A stretch of 64,000 nucleotides of DNA from an uncultured Anaerolineales bacterium (lineage in GTDB: Bacteria > Chloroflexota > Anaerolineae > Anaerolineales > UBA6663), in assembly GCA_964480865.1 (NCBI GenBank), contig CAYZRP010000024.1:698-64697 (forward strand). The letters are read 5' to 3'. This document shows, one piece after another, positions 56,879 to 64,000 of the stretch. Numbering within the stretch: the first letter of the stretch is position 1; every line of letters begins with the position of its first letter. The translations under genes and the position numbers were made by a program. A model generated the notes under the pieces. The model did not search any database, was not told the origin of the DNA, and saw only the letters and a program-made list of their open reading frames with translations.

Positions 56879-57298
56879 TTATGGCCCGGGTGTCGATGAC
56901 AACAGGCTCGGCAGCTGCGACCAATCTGCGGATGTGAAGATTGTCGCGCCAAAGATCAGGAACACACCGATGAGCAGGCAGGTCGCCGCCGCGAGCAGGG
57001 CCAATGATGCGTAACTCAGGCCAAGGCCGATCACGGCCATCCAGCGCGAACTCGCCTCGAGGCTGCCGGGCGCTGTCTGTGCCAGGCCGCGATGACCGGC
57101 GATCACGCCGACGATAGCGGCGATGAAACCGATAAAGCCCGCGCAAAGGTTGAGCCCCGGCAGAAAGAGGCCGAGGACCCAGCCTCCCGCCCACCCGACG
57201 AGCCAGGTGGTTGCGCCCGCGAGCAGGCTGGCCAGGGCCATGTCATTCGTTCTGCCGCTCGTTAGATCCGCGGGCGGCATGCCGGTCGGCATCTGCAT
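56879..57298 (-). CDS. DUF4190-like small membrane protein (paralog)
   Basis: aaggaggtg RBS. MALASLLAGATTWLVGWAGG... parallels MALVSLIAGGVTWFVGWLGG... in the neighbour. Confidence 0.62.
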   Translation of the reverse strand: MQMPTGMPPADLTSGRTNDMALASLLAGATTWLVGWAGGWVLGLFLPGLNLCAGFIGFIAAIVGVIAGHRGLAQTAPGSLEASSRWMAVIGLGLSYASLALLAAATCLLIGVFLIFGATIFTSADWSQLPSLLSSTPGP

Positions 57299-57310
57299 CG
57301 TGGCACCTCC

Positions 57311-58450
57311 TTAGAAGGGCACCTTCTCCTGGACGGCTTCGACGAGTTTGTTGTGGCCCCAAAGCGGCAAAGGACGATACATCGGCATGCGGTCGCTCGA
57401 CCAGGGCGCCGGCGGTGGCATGGTCAACGCGCACAATGCCAATAACGTTCGATCGTAGTTGACGCGCCAGCCCGCGAAGTCAATCCAGGATTGTTCTCGG
57501 TTCGGCTTGAGCGGCAGCCCGGCCGCCTCGAGCCGCGCACAGGCGTCGTCAAACTCAGCCCGCGTGATGCTGATCGGGTCCTTTGGGAAGTGCGGATCCG
57601 TCGGGTACGGGATCCGAAACAGGTCGCAGATGTGCCGCAGCGTGATGTAGCCGGCCCTGATGCAGAGCGCGGCGTTGGCGGTGCGCGGATAGTCGAGCGT
57701 CGACAGATACAACGCCGCAGCGTCGAGGATTGCGCCGGCGGCTGTCAGCCAGTGATGATGCGGTTGCGACGATCTGAAGAACGACAGCATCGCCAACGAC
57801 GTGTGGGTCTCGTCGGTCTGCGCGAACCAGGTCTCCCAGTCGGCAAACAACTCTTGCAGGTGATCCATGCGCCCGAGCGGGAAGGCCAGTTCGTAAAGAT
57901 AGACGGCCGAAGGCGGCGTGCCGGCTCGTGTCTCGAGCAGGCGCACCAGGGTCTCGCGCTGCGAAAAGGCGCTGTAGATCGTGGGTAGATACGAGATCAG
58001 CAGCGCGATGATGACGAGGCCGGAGCCGGCCTCGAGATACGTCAGCGCAAATGTGAGCGGCGTCGAGGGAGCTTTGAGGCCCAATGTGAAGAGCGACGAG
58101 CCACTCAAGATGAAGGCGTCGTACAGAGTGCCAACGCCCGCCGCCCAGAACATCAGGGTGAAGCCCGCGTCCACGATGCCCACCAGGACGGGCACATAGG
58201 CGAGCAGCGAGAGCGGGCCGTACGCGGCCATCACCTGGTCCTTCTCTTCGTACGTTGACAGGCGCGACACGATGAGGTCGAACCAGCGACGCGTCAGTCG
58301 AAAGGTGAAGGCGGCCAGCGGATCGAGTAGTCCGCGCGGGATGACGAAGACGCGCACCGCCGACCGGAACACGAGCACGACGCAAAAGGCGCCGAGGAGG
58401 AAGATGAGGATCCGCAAACCCAGGTCGGCAGGCGATGACACGTCTCGCAT
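57311..58450 (-). CDS. Hypothetical membrane protein, possibly degenerate ion-channel-like
   Basis: Start MRDVSS at 58450. About 4 TM segments, with SSLFTLGLKAP between two helices (pore-loop-like). Soluble C-terminal half. Confidence 0.45.
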   Translation of the reverse strand: MRDVSSPADLGLRILIFLLGAFCVVLVFRSAVRVFVIPRGLLDPLAAFTFRLTRRWFDLIVSRLSTYEEKDQVMAAYGPLSLLAYVPVLVGIVDAGFTLMFWAAGVGTLYDAFILSGSSLFTLGLKAPSTPLTFALTYLEAGSGLVIIALLISYLPTIYSAFSQRETLVRLLETRAGTPPSAVYLYELAFPLGRMDHLQELFADWETWFAQTDETHTSLAMLSFFRSSQPHHHWLTAAGAILDAAALYLSTLDYPRTANAALCIRAGYITLRHICDLFRIPYPTDPHFPKDPISITRAEFDDACARLEAAGLPLKPNREQSWIDFAGWRVNYDRTLLALCALTMPPPAPWSSDRMPMYRPLPLWGHNKLVEAVQEKVPF

Positions 58451-58866
58451 TCTAGCGGAATTGCCCGGACGCCAACAATGAGGTTGGGCCACGTGTGTAA
58501 GCACAAGTTGTCAGGCGCTTGCAGATCGGCGCCGGATCCTGTAAACGGATCACATGGATCGGCACGGATGACGCGGGGCGATTCTCGATAGATTCCGCGT
58601 GATCTGTTCCGATCCGCGCCATCCGCGTACAAGGCTTACTAGCCTGAAACGGTCGACTACTCGCCCGTGCACACTTGGGCCACGCCAGGACAAGCGTCTC
58701 TCATCCGTTCCAGGTCTGTGATGAGCCGCAGATATCGCGGATTTTTCGCTGATGCAGCAGGACGGAGTCGATCCCTTGTTCGCCGGTGACGAGACCGATC
58801 TTCCACGCAATCCGCGGCTGCATTATTCCAGGGCGATGGCTTTTTGTTTTCGAAGATCCTGTTTTG

Positions 58867-58929
58867 GCCACGAATATCATGAATGGGCACGAGTGAGAAA
58901 CGTTCGTGCCCATTCATGATATTCGTGGC
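58867..58929. repeat. Long near-perfect hairpin (26 perfect bp plus 3, 5-nt loop), AT-richer than its surroundings
   Basis: gccacgaatatcatgaatgggcacga gtg-agaaa-cgt tcgtgcccattcatgatattcgtggc. Not of the heptamer type. No U-run on either strand. Confidence 0.9.
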
Positions 58930-58994
58930 AAGTTCTCTCACTGAGACGGTTGCGATGCGATTGCCCGTAGATCCTTTCGAGGAGGCCAGACGGT

Positions 58995-60278
58995 TCACCG
59001 TGCCGTGGTAAGGTCGCGGTGGATGCCGCGCCACACGGCGCCGACGAAGTCGCGCAAACGTGGGCGAGCTTCATCGGCGGGCAGGTCGCGCACGATCATG
59101 CGGCCGTTCGCGCGACGCAGTTCGGGGTCTGTCAGGATCCAGCGCACGAGCGAACGCAACGACCACTCCGGGATAGGGCCGCCGTAGATCATCTGCCGAA
59201 CCGAGTTCAGCGTTTGAAAGTACATGGGCATCGTCTCAGTCAGGACGGTGCGATCGTAGCGGCGCAGCGCCTCATCCCACGTTGGGAGTTCGCCACGTTT
59301 CCAGGCCAGTACCTCAGTCGCCAGGACGCGGGCCGTGAAGACGGCGTCGTAGATGCCTTGTCCGTCGAGCGGGTCTTTCTGATGGAGCGCGTCGCCGGCC
59401 AGCGCCCAGCCCGGGCCGCCAGCCGTTCGATACAGATTGGCGACGCGTTTCATGCCGCGCACCGGCGTGGCCATACGAGCCTGCTCGAGGCGTCGCCAGA
59501 TCGCGGGGATGTGGCGCAGTCGACGGAGGTAGAAGGCCTCGGCGCTCTCGCCTGAAGCCGGCTCCATGCGGTCGCTGCGCCCTTCGATGACGACACCGAG
59601 CGATCCGTCGGCGCTGTCCATCAGAAGAAATCCGGCCCCTGGCTCACGGCCCACGACGGTGTGGATGACGGGGCCTTCGGCATCGAAGAACTCGGTGCCC
59701 TGCCAGTAAGCGTATAGCAGCGACGTTGGATGCTCGTTGCGTTTCAGCCGTTCGGCGGCACCGGCGCGACGCGCGACAAGGCTGAAGCGACCATCGGCGC
59801 CGACCACGAGAGCGCCGCGCAGTTCGCGAGCCGCGCCATCGGGGCCACGGCCGCGCACTCCGACGACGCGTTCGCCGTCGCGGAGCAGGTCGCTCACGGC
59901 GAAGCCGGGCAGGGTCGTGACCCCGGGTGACGCGGCGGCCACCTCCCACAGATGCGCGTCGAAGCGCTCGCGATCGATGGCGTAACCGTAGTCGCGCCCA
60001 AAGGCAGCCGGGATCGGCGTGCGGTTGATGAAGGCGCCGGGCGCTTCGATGACCCAGGCTCTAATCCTCGGCGTGCCGGCTGCGTAACGCGCTTCATCGG
60101 CGCCGATCTCGTCGAGCATGGCCATCGTGCCGGCATAGATGGCGGGCGAAGAAGCAGGATGAGGAGACGGAAAGGAGTCGCGCTCGAGCAAGGCCACACG
60201 TAAGCCACCCTGGCCGAGCCGGGCAGCGAGGGTCGACCCGGCAGGACGTCCCCCCACGACGATCACATCAAAATCCAT
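58995..60278 (-). CDS. FAD-dependent oxidoreductase (geranylgeranyl reductase/halogenase-like)
   Basis: MDFDVIVVGGRPAGSTLAARLGQGGLRVALLER dinucleotide fold. GDALHQKDPLDGQG motif. Confidence 0.8.
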   Translation of the reverse strand: MDFDVIVVGGRPAGSTLAARLGQGGLRVALLERDSFPSPHPASSPAIYAGTMAMLDEIGADEARYAAGTPRIRAWVIEAPGAFINRTPIPAAFGRDYGYAIDRERFDAHLWEVAAASPGVTTLPGFAVSDLLRDGERVVGVRGRGPDGAARELRGALVVGADGRFSLVARRAGAAERLKRNEHPTSLLYAYWQGTEFFDAEGPVIHTVVGREPGAGFLLMDSADGSLGVVIEGRSDRMEPASGESAEAFYLRRLRHIPAIWRRLEQARMATPVRGMKRVANLYRTAGGPGWALAGDALHQKDPLDGQGIYDAVFTARVLATEVLAWKRGELPTWDEALRRYDRTVLTETMPMYFQTLNSVRQMIYGGPIPEWSLRSLVRWILTDPELRRANGRMIVRDLPADEARPRLRDFVGAVWRGIHRDLTTAR

Positions 60279-60426
60279 GGTTGTCTTCCTGAAATGATCA
60301 CGCGACGACAGGTATCGCGCCCGATTGTGAAAAGTATCACCGCTCGACGCTGTCGACCATCGTTGTAGATGAAGACTCTCGAACGATTCATCAACCGGAC
60401 GAATACCCTAAATCTCGCCGATTTAA

Positions 60427-60454
60427 TTGACTTTTGGGGCGTCCCCGGTATAAT
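60427..60454 (+). promoter_or_regulatory. Near-consensus sigma-70 promoter (TTGACT, 16 nt, TATAAT) about 170 nt upstream of infA
   Basis: ttgact tttggggcgtccccgg tataat, read directly. Confidence 0.6.
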
Positions 60455-60625
60455 TTAAGGTAATTGATTGTTCGCATTTGGCGGGTAAGGAGTGTCGACC
60501 GGTTTTTCGGACTGGCCAACTTTTTCCCGAGTGGAAGATTACCCTCGGCGCTGCCAAACGCGATGGCCAGCGCCGATTTTCGTGTCGGCCAGAAGGTTTG
60601 CCCGTAGGCGGGCAAGGAGAAGTGT

Positions 60626-60877
60626 ATGCCCAAGAACGACGATAAGATCACCGTGGAGGGCCTCGTCGTTGAGGCCATGCCCAGCACGACGTTCCGTGTG
60701 CAGCTCGACAACGGACACGTCGTGCTTGCCTATCTCTCCGGTCGATTGCGCAAGAATTACATCCGCATTCTGCTTGGGGACCGTGTCAAGATCGAGCTGT
60801 CGCCCTACGACCTGACCCGCGGGCGCATTACGTATCGCTACACGGCGTCGCATTCACAGCAGCCGAACCCGGCTTAA
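60626..60877 (+). CDS. infA: Translation initiation factor IF-1 with 11-aa C-terminal extension
   Basis: [66 protein letters not shown] is canonical IF-1. aaggag RBS. Confidence 0.97.
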   Translation: MPKNDDKITVEGLVVEAMPSTTFRVQLDNGHVVLAYLSGRLRKNYIRILLGDRVKIELSPYDLTRGRITYRYTASHSQQPNPA

Positions 60878-60896
60878 TTGAAGCGCCTATGGCGCT

Positions 60897-60945
60897 GACC
60901 GAAGGACGAAGGTTGTGCGAGACAACCTTCGTCCTTTTCGTTTCG
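60897..60945. repeat. GACGAAN-heptamer hairpin element, loop in the opposite orientation (GGTTGT-GCGAG-ACAACC)
   Basis: gaccgaag gacgaag gttgtgcgagacaacc ttcgtcc ttttcg tttcg. The apex is the reverse complement of the apex at 37537..37552 and 61460..61475. Confidence 0.9.
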
Positions 60946-61445
60946 CGACGAACGACACTCGTGCGCAAGGGCCACGACGAGCCTTGGCCGTGCCATTTCG
61001 CCATTGTCTATGTGGTCCAGAGCGACCGTCTCGCTCGTTACGCCTCCATCCAGGCGTGAACGGCTCCATGCGCCTGTCATCCAGAGCGTCTGGTCACGTT
61101 CGTCCGTAACCAACTGTCATGAGCGCGAGGGATGACACGCAATGCGCGGGTACACGGCGCTATTGAGAAGCGGAATGTGCCTGGTCGTCGATGGACGCGT
61201 GGGGTGGGGTCTCTGTACAGCAAACGCGCGACATGACGGACAGGGCGGCCCTCGTGGCCGCCCCTACGGTTGTGCAATTGATCGCCGCGCCTTTGGATGA
61301 ACCCGTCGGGCGGGCTATCGGGTTTCTCGCTGGCCGTTTGGGCTCCGCCCATCCTCTCTCTGGATGACACGCAACACCCGTGGGGGACGGCTCGACGCAG
61401 CACACGGTGGCTGCTTCCCTGTCCATGCGACTCTCCCGCCAGATA

Positions 61446-61507
61446 GACGAAGGACGAAGGTTGTCTCGCACAACCTTCGTCCTTCGTCTTTCGTCCTTCG
61501 TCGTTTT
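61446..61507. repeat. GACGAAN-heptamer hairpin element followed by TTTTT
   Basis: gacgaag gacgaag gttgtctcgcacaacc ttcgtcc ttcgtct ttcgtcc ttcgtcg ttttt. Abuts the prmA stop. Confidence 0.95.
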
Positions 61508-62422
61508 TCAGTCTACCGGCTTGCGGGCGATGATGGCCACCCAGTCGTCGATGTGCTCCTGGGCCGCAAACTCGAGACCGGCCGTCTTCAGCGCGGCGAT
61601 GACCTGATAGGCCTGCGTGTCGAGCACGCCCGAGAGCACGATCAGGCCGCCGGGTGCGACGAGCCGCGCCAGCCCCTTCTCGAACAAGTCCACAAGGATG
61701 TGCGCCAGGATGTTGGCCAGCACGAGCGGCGCCTGCGCCCCGGCTTCAACGAGCTCGGCCAGCGAGCCGCGCGCGATGCTGAGGTTGCCGGCCACCTGGT
61801 TGACCTCGGCGTTCTCGATGGCGGCGCGGACCGATTCGTCGTCGATGTCGTAGGCCCAGACGTGTTTGGCGCCGAGCTTGGCGGCCGCGATGGCCAGGAT
61901 GCCAGAGCCAGTGCCCAGGTCGATGACCTCTTGAGTCGACTTCAAATGCCGTTCGATCGCCATCAGGCACAGCTGCGTCGTCGGGTGGGTGCCGGTTCCG
62001 AAGGCCATGCCCGGGTCGAGCTTCACGACGACGTCGCCGGGCTGCGCTTCCTGCTCGAGCCAGGCTGGCACCACGAGCAGGCGCTTGCCGATGCGGATCG
62101 GCTTGTAGTTGGCCTTCCAGGATTCGCCCCAATTGGTCTCCGAGATCTCGCGCCAGGCCGGTTCCGGCAGCGTGCCGTCGAGGATCATGTTGAGGTGCGA
62201 GAGACCATCCTCGATGCTGCGGCGATTGGCGTTGGCCTGATCGTCCAGGGGCACATAGGCGCGCACGATCACGGGCCCGACGGGCACGCCGTGATCGGTC
62301 GGCGTCGCCTCGAACTTCAAGGCCTCGACGACCACGCCGCCTTCGGCGTAGCGCGCGAGCACTTCGGAAACGGATTCAGCGGCTTCGGGTGAAACGGTGA
62401 GGGAGATTTCGAGAAGGGTCAT
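61508..62422 (-). CDS. prmA: Ribosomal protein L11 methyltransferase
   Basis: Start MTLLEISLTV at 62422. VIDLGTGSGILAIAAAKLGA motif I. Typical PrmA N-terminal domain. Confidence 0.9.
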   Translation of the reverse strand: MTLLEISLTVSPEAAESVSEVLARYAEGGVVVEALKFEATPTDHGVPVGPVIVRAYVPLDDQANANRRSIEDGLSHLNMILDGTLPEPAWREISETNWGESWKANYKPIRIGKRLLVVPAWLEQEAQPGDVVVKLDPGMAFGTGTHPTTQLCLMAIERHLKSTQEVIDLGTGSGILAIAAAKLGAKHVWAYDIDDESVRAAIENAEVNQVAGNLSIARGSLAELVEAGAQAPLVLANILAHILVDLFEKGLARLVAPGGLIVLSGVLDTQAYQVIAALKTAGLEFAAQEHIDDWVAIIARKPVD

Positions 62423-62425
62423 GTC

Positions 62426-62506
62426 GTGGAGCGTGGAGCGTGGGGCGTAGAGCGAACGACCTTGCGCGGCAGCGGTCGCTTCACGCTCCACGCCCTACGC
62501 TCTACG
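62426..62506. repeat. GTGGAGC-heptamer hairpin element filling the dnaJ-prmA intergenic
   Basis: gtggagc gtggagc gtggggc gtagagc gaacgaccttgcgcggcagcggtcgc ttcac gctccac gccctac gctctac g. Includes the dnaJ stop and ends 3 nt from the prmA start. Confidence 0.92.
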
Positions 62507-63629
62507 ATTCGAGAATATCCTGCAGCCGCTCCAACAGCCCGTGCTCCAGCGGTTGGGCCTCGAGCGGGCTGGATTTGCGGAGCTCTTCGTAGAGCTTCTT
62601 CTGCTCTTTGGTGAGATCGGCCGGCGTGGCGACGTTGACGATGACGAACAGATCGCCCTTGCCGGAGCGTTGCGGCCGCGGCGCGCCCTTGCCGCGCAGT
62701 TGGAAGACGGTGCCCGACTGCGTGCCCGCGGGCACCTTCAACTTCTCGGGGCCGTAGGGCGTGGGCACGAGCACCTCAGCGCCCAGTGTTGCCTGGGCGA
62801 CGTTGATGCTCACCTCCACAAAGACCTGGTCCTCGCGGCGGCGGAAGTACTTGTGCGGGCTGACCGAGATGACGACGTACAGGTTGCCGATCGGGCCGCC
62901 GTTCGCGCCGGGCTCGCCTTCGCCCGACACGCGGATCTGCGTGCCGGTGTTGACGCCCGGCGGGATCGGGATGACGCGCTTGACGCTGCGGCGCAGCTGG
63001 CCTTTGCCACGGCAGGCGCGGCAGGGGCTCTGGATCACTTCGCCAGAACCGCCGCAGGTCGGGCACGACGAGACGTTGACCATCGAGCCCAGGAAGGTCT
63101 GGCGCACCTGACGCACCTCGCCGCTGCCCTTGCAGGTGTCGCAGCGCCTGGGCTGCGTGCCGGGTTCCGCGCCGCTGCCCTGACAGGTGTCGCAGGTCTC
63201 ATTGCGCGCGAACTCGATCTCCTGATCGACGCCGTGGATGGCCTGATCGAACGAGAGGGTCATGTCGTAGCGCAGGTCGGCGCCGCGCCGGGGCGCGCGT
63301 CGAGAGGAAGCGCCGCGGCCGCCACCGAACCCGCCGCCGAAGAACGTTTCGAAGATGTCTTCGACGCCGAAGCCGCCCGAGAAGTCAGAGGCGCCCATGC
63401 CGCCGCCGTTGACGCCGGCGTGTCCGAAGCGATCGTAGGCCGCGCGCTTCTGCTCGTCAGAGAGCACGGCGTAGGCCTCATTGATCTCCTTGAAGCGTTC
63501 GTCGGCCCCGGCCTCTTTATTGACGTCGGGATGATATTGCTTGGCGAGCTTGCGGAACGCCGACTTCAACTCGTCGCCGTTCGCGCTCTTGCCGACCCCG
63601 AGGGTCTCGTAGTAGTCGCGCTTTGACAT
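62502..63629 (-). CDS. dnaJ: Molecular chaperone DnaJ
   Basis: J-domain KRDYYETLGV...HPD. G/F region. Four CxxCxGxG zinc motifs. Confidence 0.97.
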   Translation of the reverse strand: MSKRDYYETLGVGKSANGDELKSAFRKLAKQYHPDVNKEAGADERFKEINEAYAVLSDEQKRAAYDRFGHAGVNGGGMGASDFSGGFGVEDIFETFFGGGFGGGRGASSRRAPRRGADLRYDMTLSFDQAIHGVDQEIEFARNETCDTCQGSGAEPGTQPRRCDTCKGSGEVRQVRQTFLGSMVNVSSCPTCGGSGEVIQSPCRACRGKGQLRRSVKRVIPIPPGVNTGTQIRVSGEGEPGANGGPIGNLYVVISVSPHKYFRRREDQVFVEVSINVAQATLGAEVLVPTPYGPEKLKVPAGTQSGTVFQLRGKGAPRPQRSGKGDLFVIVNVATPADLTKEQKKLYEELRKSSPLEAQPLEHGLLERLQDILES

Positions 63630-63639
63630 TGATCTGGTC

Positions 63640-63737
63640 GTGGACCGTGAAGCGTGGAGCGGAGAGCGATCACGCTACCGCGTCATGCCGCGATAGCGTG
63701 ATCGCTCCACGCTCTCCGCTCTACGCTTCACGCTTCC
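63640..63737. repeat. GTGGAGC-heptamer hairpin element filling the dnaK-dnaJ intergenic
   Basis: gtggacc gtgaagc gtggagc ggagagc gatcacgcta...tagcgtgatc gctccac gctctcc gctctac gcttcac gcttcc. Contains the dnaK stop (TGA). Confidence 0.92.
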
Positions 63738-64000
63738 TTGAACTGCCCGTCCACGACGTCGTCGCCGGAGGCACCGCCCGCGGGGCCTGAGCCGCCCGGA
63801 TCGCCAGCGCCGGCCTCGCCGCCTGGAGCACCGCCTTCAGGGCCGGACTGATACATGGCCGACCCGATCTTCTGGATCGACTGGTACAGGTCGTTGGTCG
63901 CACTCTGGATCGTGTCGACGTTGCCGCCCTCGAGCGCGCTGCGGACCGACGCGATCTTGCCCTCGACCTCGCTCTTGACGTCGGCCGGCACCTTGTCGCC
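63728..64000 (-). CDS. dnaK: Molecular chaperone DnaK, C-terminal end only (5' part outside window)
   Basis: Typical DnaK lid/tail: KSEVEGKIASVRSALEGGNVDTIQSATNDLYQSIQKIGSAMYQ, a Gly/Ala/Pro tail, then DDVVDGQFKEA. Immediately upstream of dnaJ. Confidence 0.88.
   Translation of the reverse strand, partial: GDKVPADVKSEVEGKIASVRSALEGGNVDTIQSATNDLYQSIQKIGSAMYQSGPEGGAPGGEAGAGDPGGSGPAGGASGDDVVDGQFKEA

Noticed and set aside
58451-58994. tmRNA, RNase P RNA, SRP RNA or a cobalamin/other riboswitch in the long non-coding gap.
   Set aside because: I looked on both strands for hallmark strings (GAGGAAAGTCC, T-arm GGTTCGA, the tmRNA ...CCACCA end, the B12 box GCCACTG, the SRP GGAAGCAGCC) and found none. 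The gap is left as unassigned non-coding DNA rather than an RNA gene call.
60492-60815. 107-aa ORF overlapping infA in another frame, starting at a GTG after the first GGCGGGTAAGGAG box.
   Set aside because: The protein is Arg/Ser/Pro-rich with no motifs and overlaps the unambiguous IF-1 frame. The SD-like box is better treated as a leader feature.
61077-61471. Minus-strand ORFs 61077..61403 and 61160..61471 in the infA-prmA gap.
   Set aside because: They overlap each other, are Arg/Pro/Gly-rich, and have no RBS or family resemblance.

Overview
GC-rich bacterial chromosomal window with about 61 protein-coding genes. I found no rRNA, tRNA, CRISPR array, transposase, integrase or phage genes. 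All calls come from reading the ORF translations and DNA by eye; no database search was run, so family names are motif-based recognitions. Gene content hints at Chloroflexota (archaeal-type HMG-CoA synthase/thiolase/DUF35 trio, CrtI-family desaturase, many ABC-2 exporters), but this is a low-confidence inference.

Secure housekeeping genes are aconitase (acnA), infA, and prmA-dnaJ-dnaK (3' end of dnaK only). Other recognisable genes:
- a NadR-type kinase with PnuC, and a deoxynucleoside kinase
- an M20 amidohydrolase
- OmpR-type and NarL-type two-component systems
- a di-heme cytochrome c
- a roughly 1260-aa PAS/GAF/HD-GYP signalling protein
- four ABC transporter modules

The most unusual content:
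1. An apparent 8-gene operon (about 18.3-24.1 kb). It joins a DUF2089 Zn-ribbon regulator, a LiaX/YvlB-like DUF4097 protein, three proteins sharing one SHOCT-like helix motif, an ABC-2 exporter and a translationally coupled Trm112-like methyltransferase.
2. A dispersed population of intergenic hairpins whose arms are tandem 7-nt units. There are several sequence families, and one 43-nt core is identical at two loci 24 kb apart. They often sit between co-directional genes and overlap stop codons or abut start codons.
3. A membrane-anchored protein made of three ribosomal L7/L12 C-terminal-like modules, inside a cluster of envelope and coiled-coil proteins.
4. A translationally coupled 81-aa protein plus FIST/NosP-like protein pair.
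5. Two unusually long non-coding stretches (58.45-58.99 kb and 60.95-61.45 kb).
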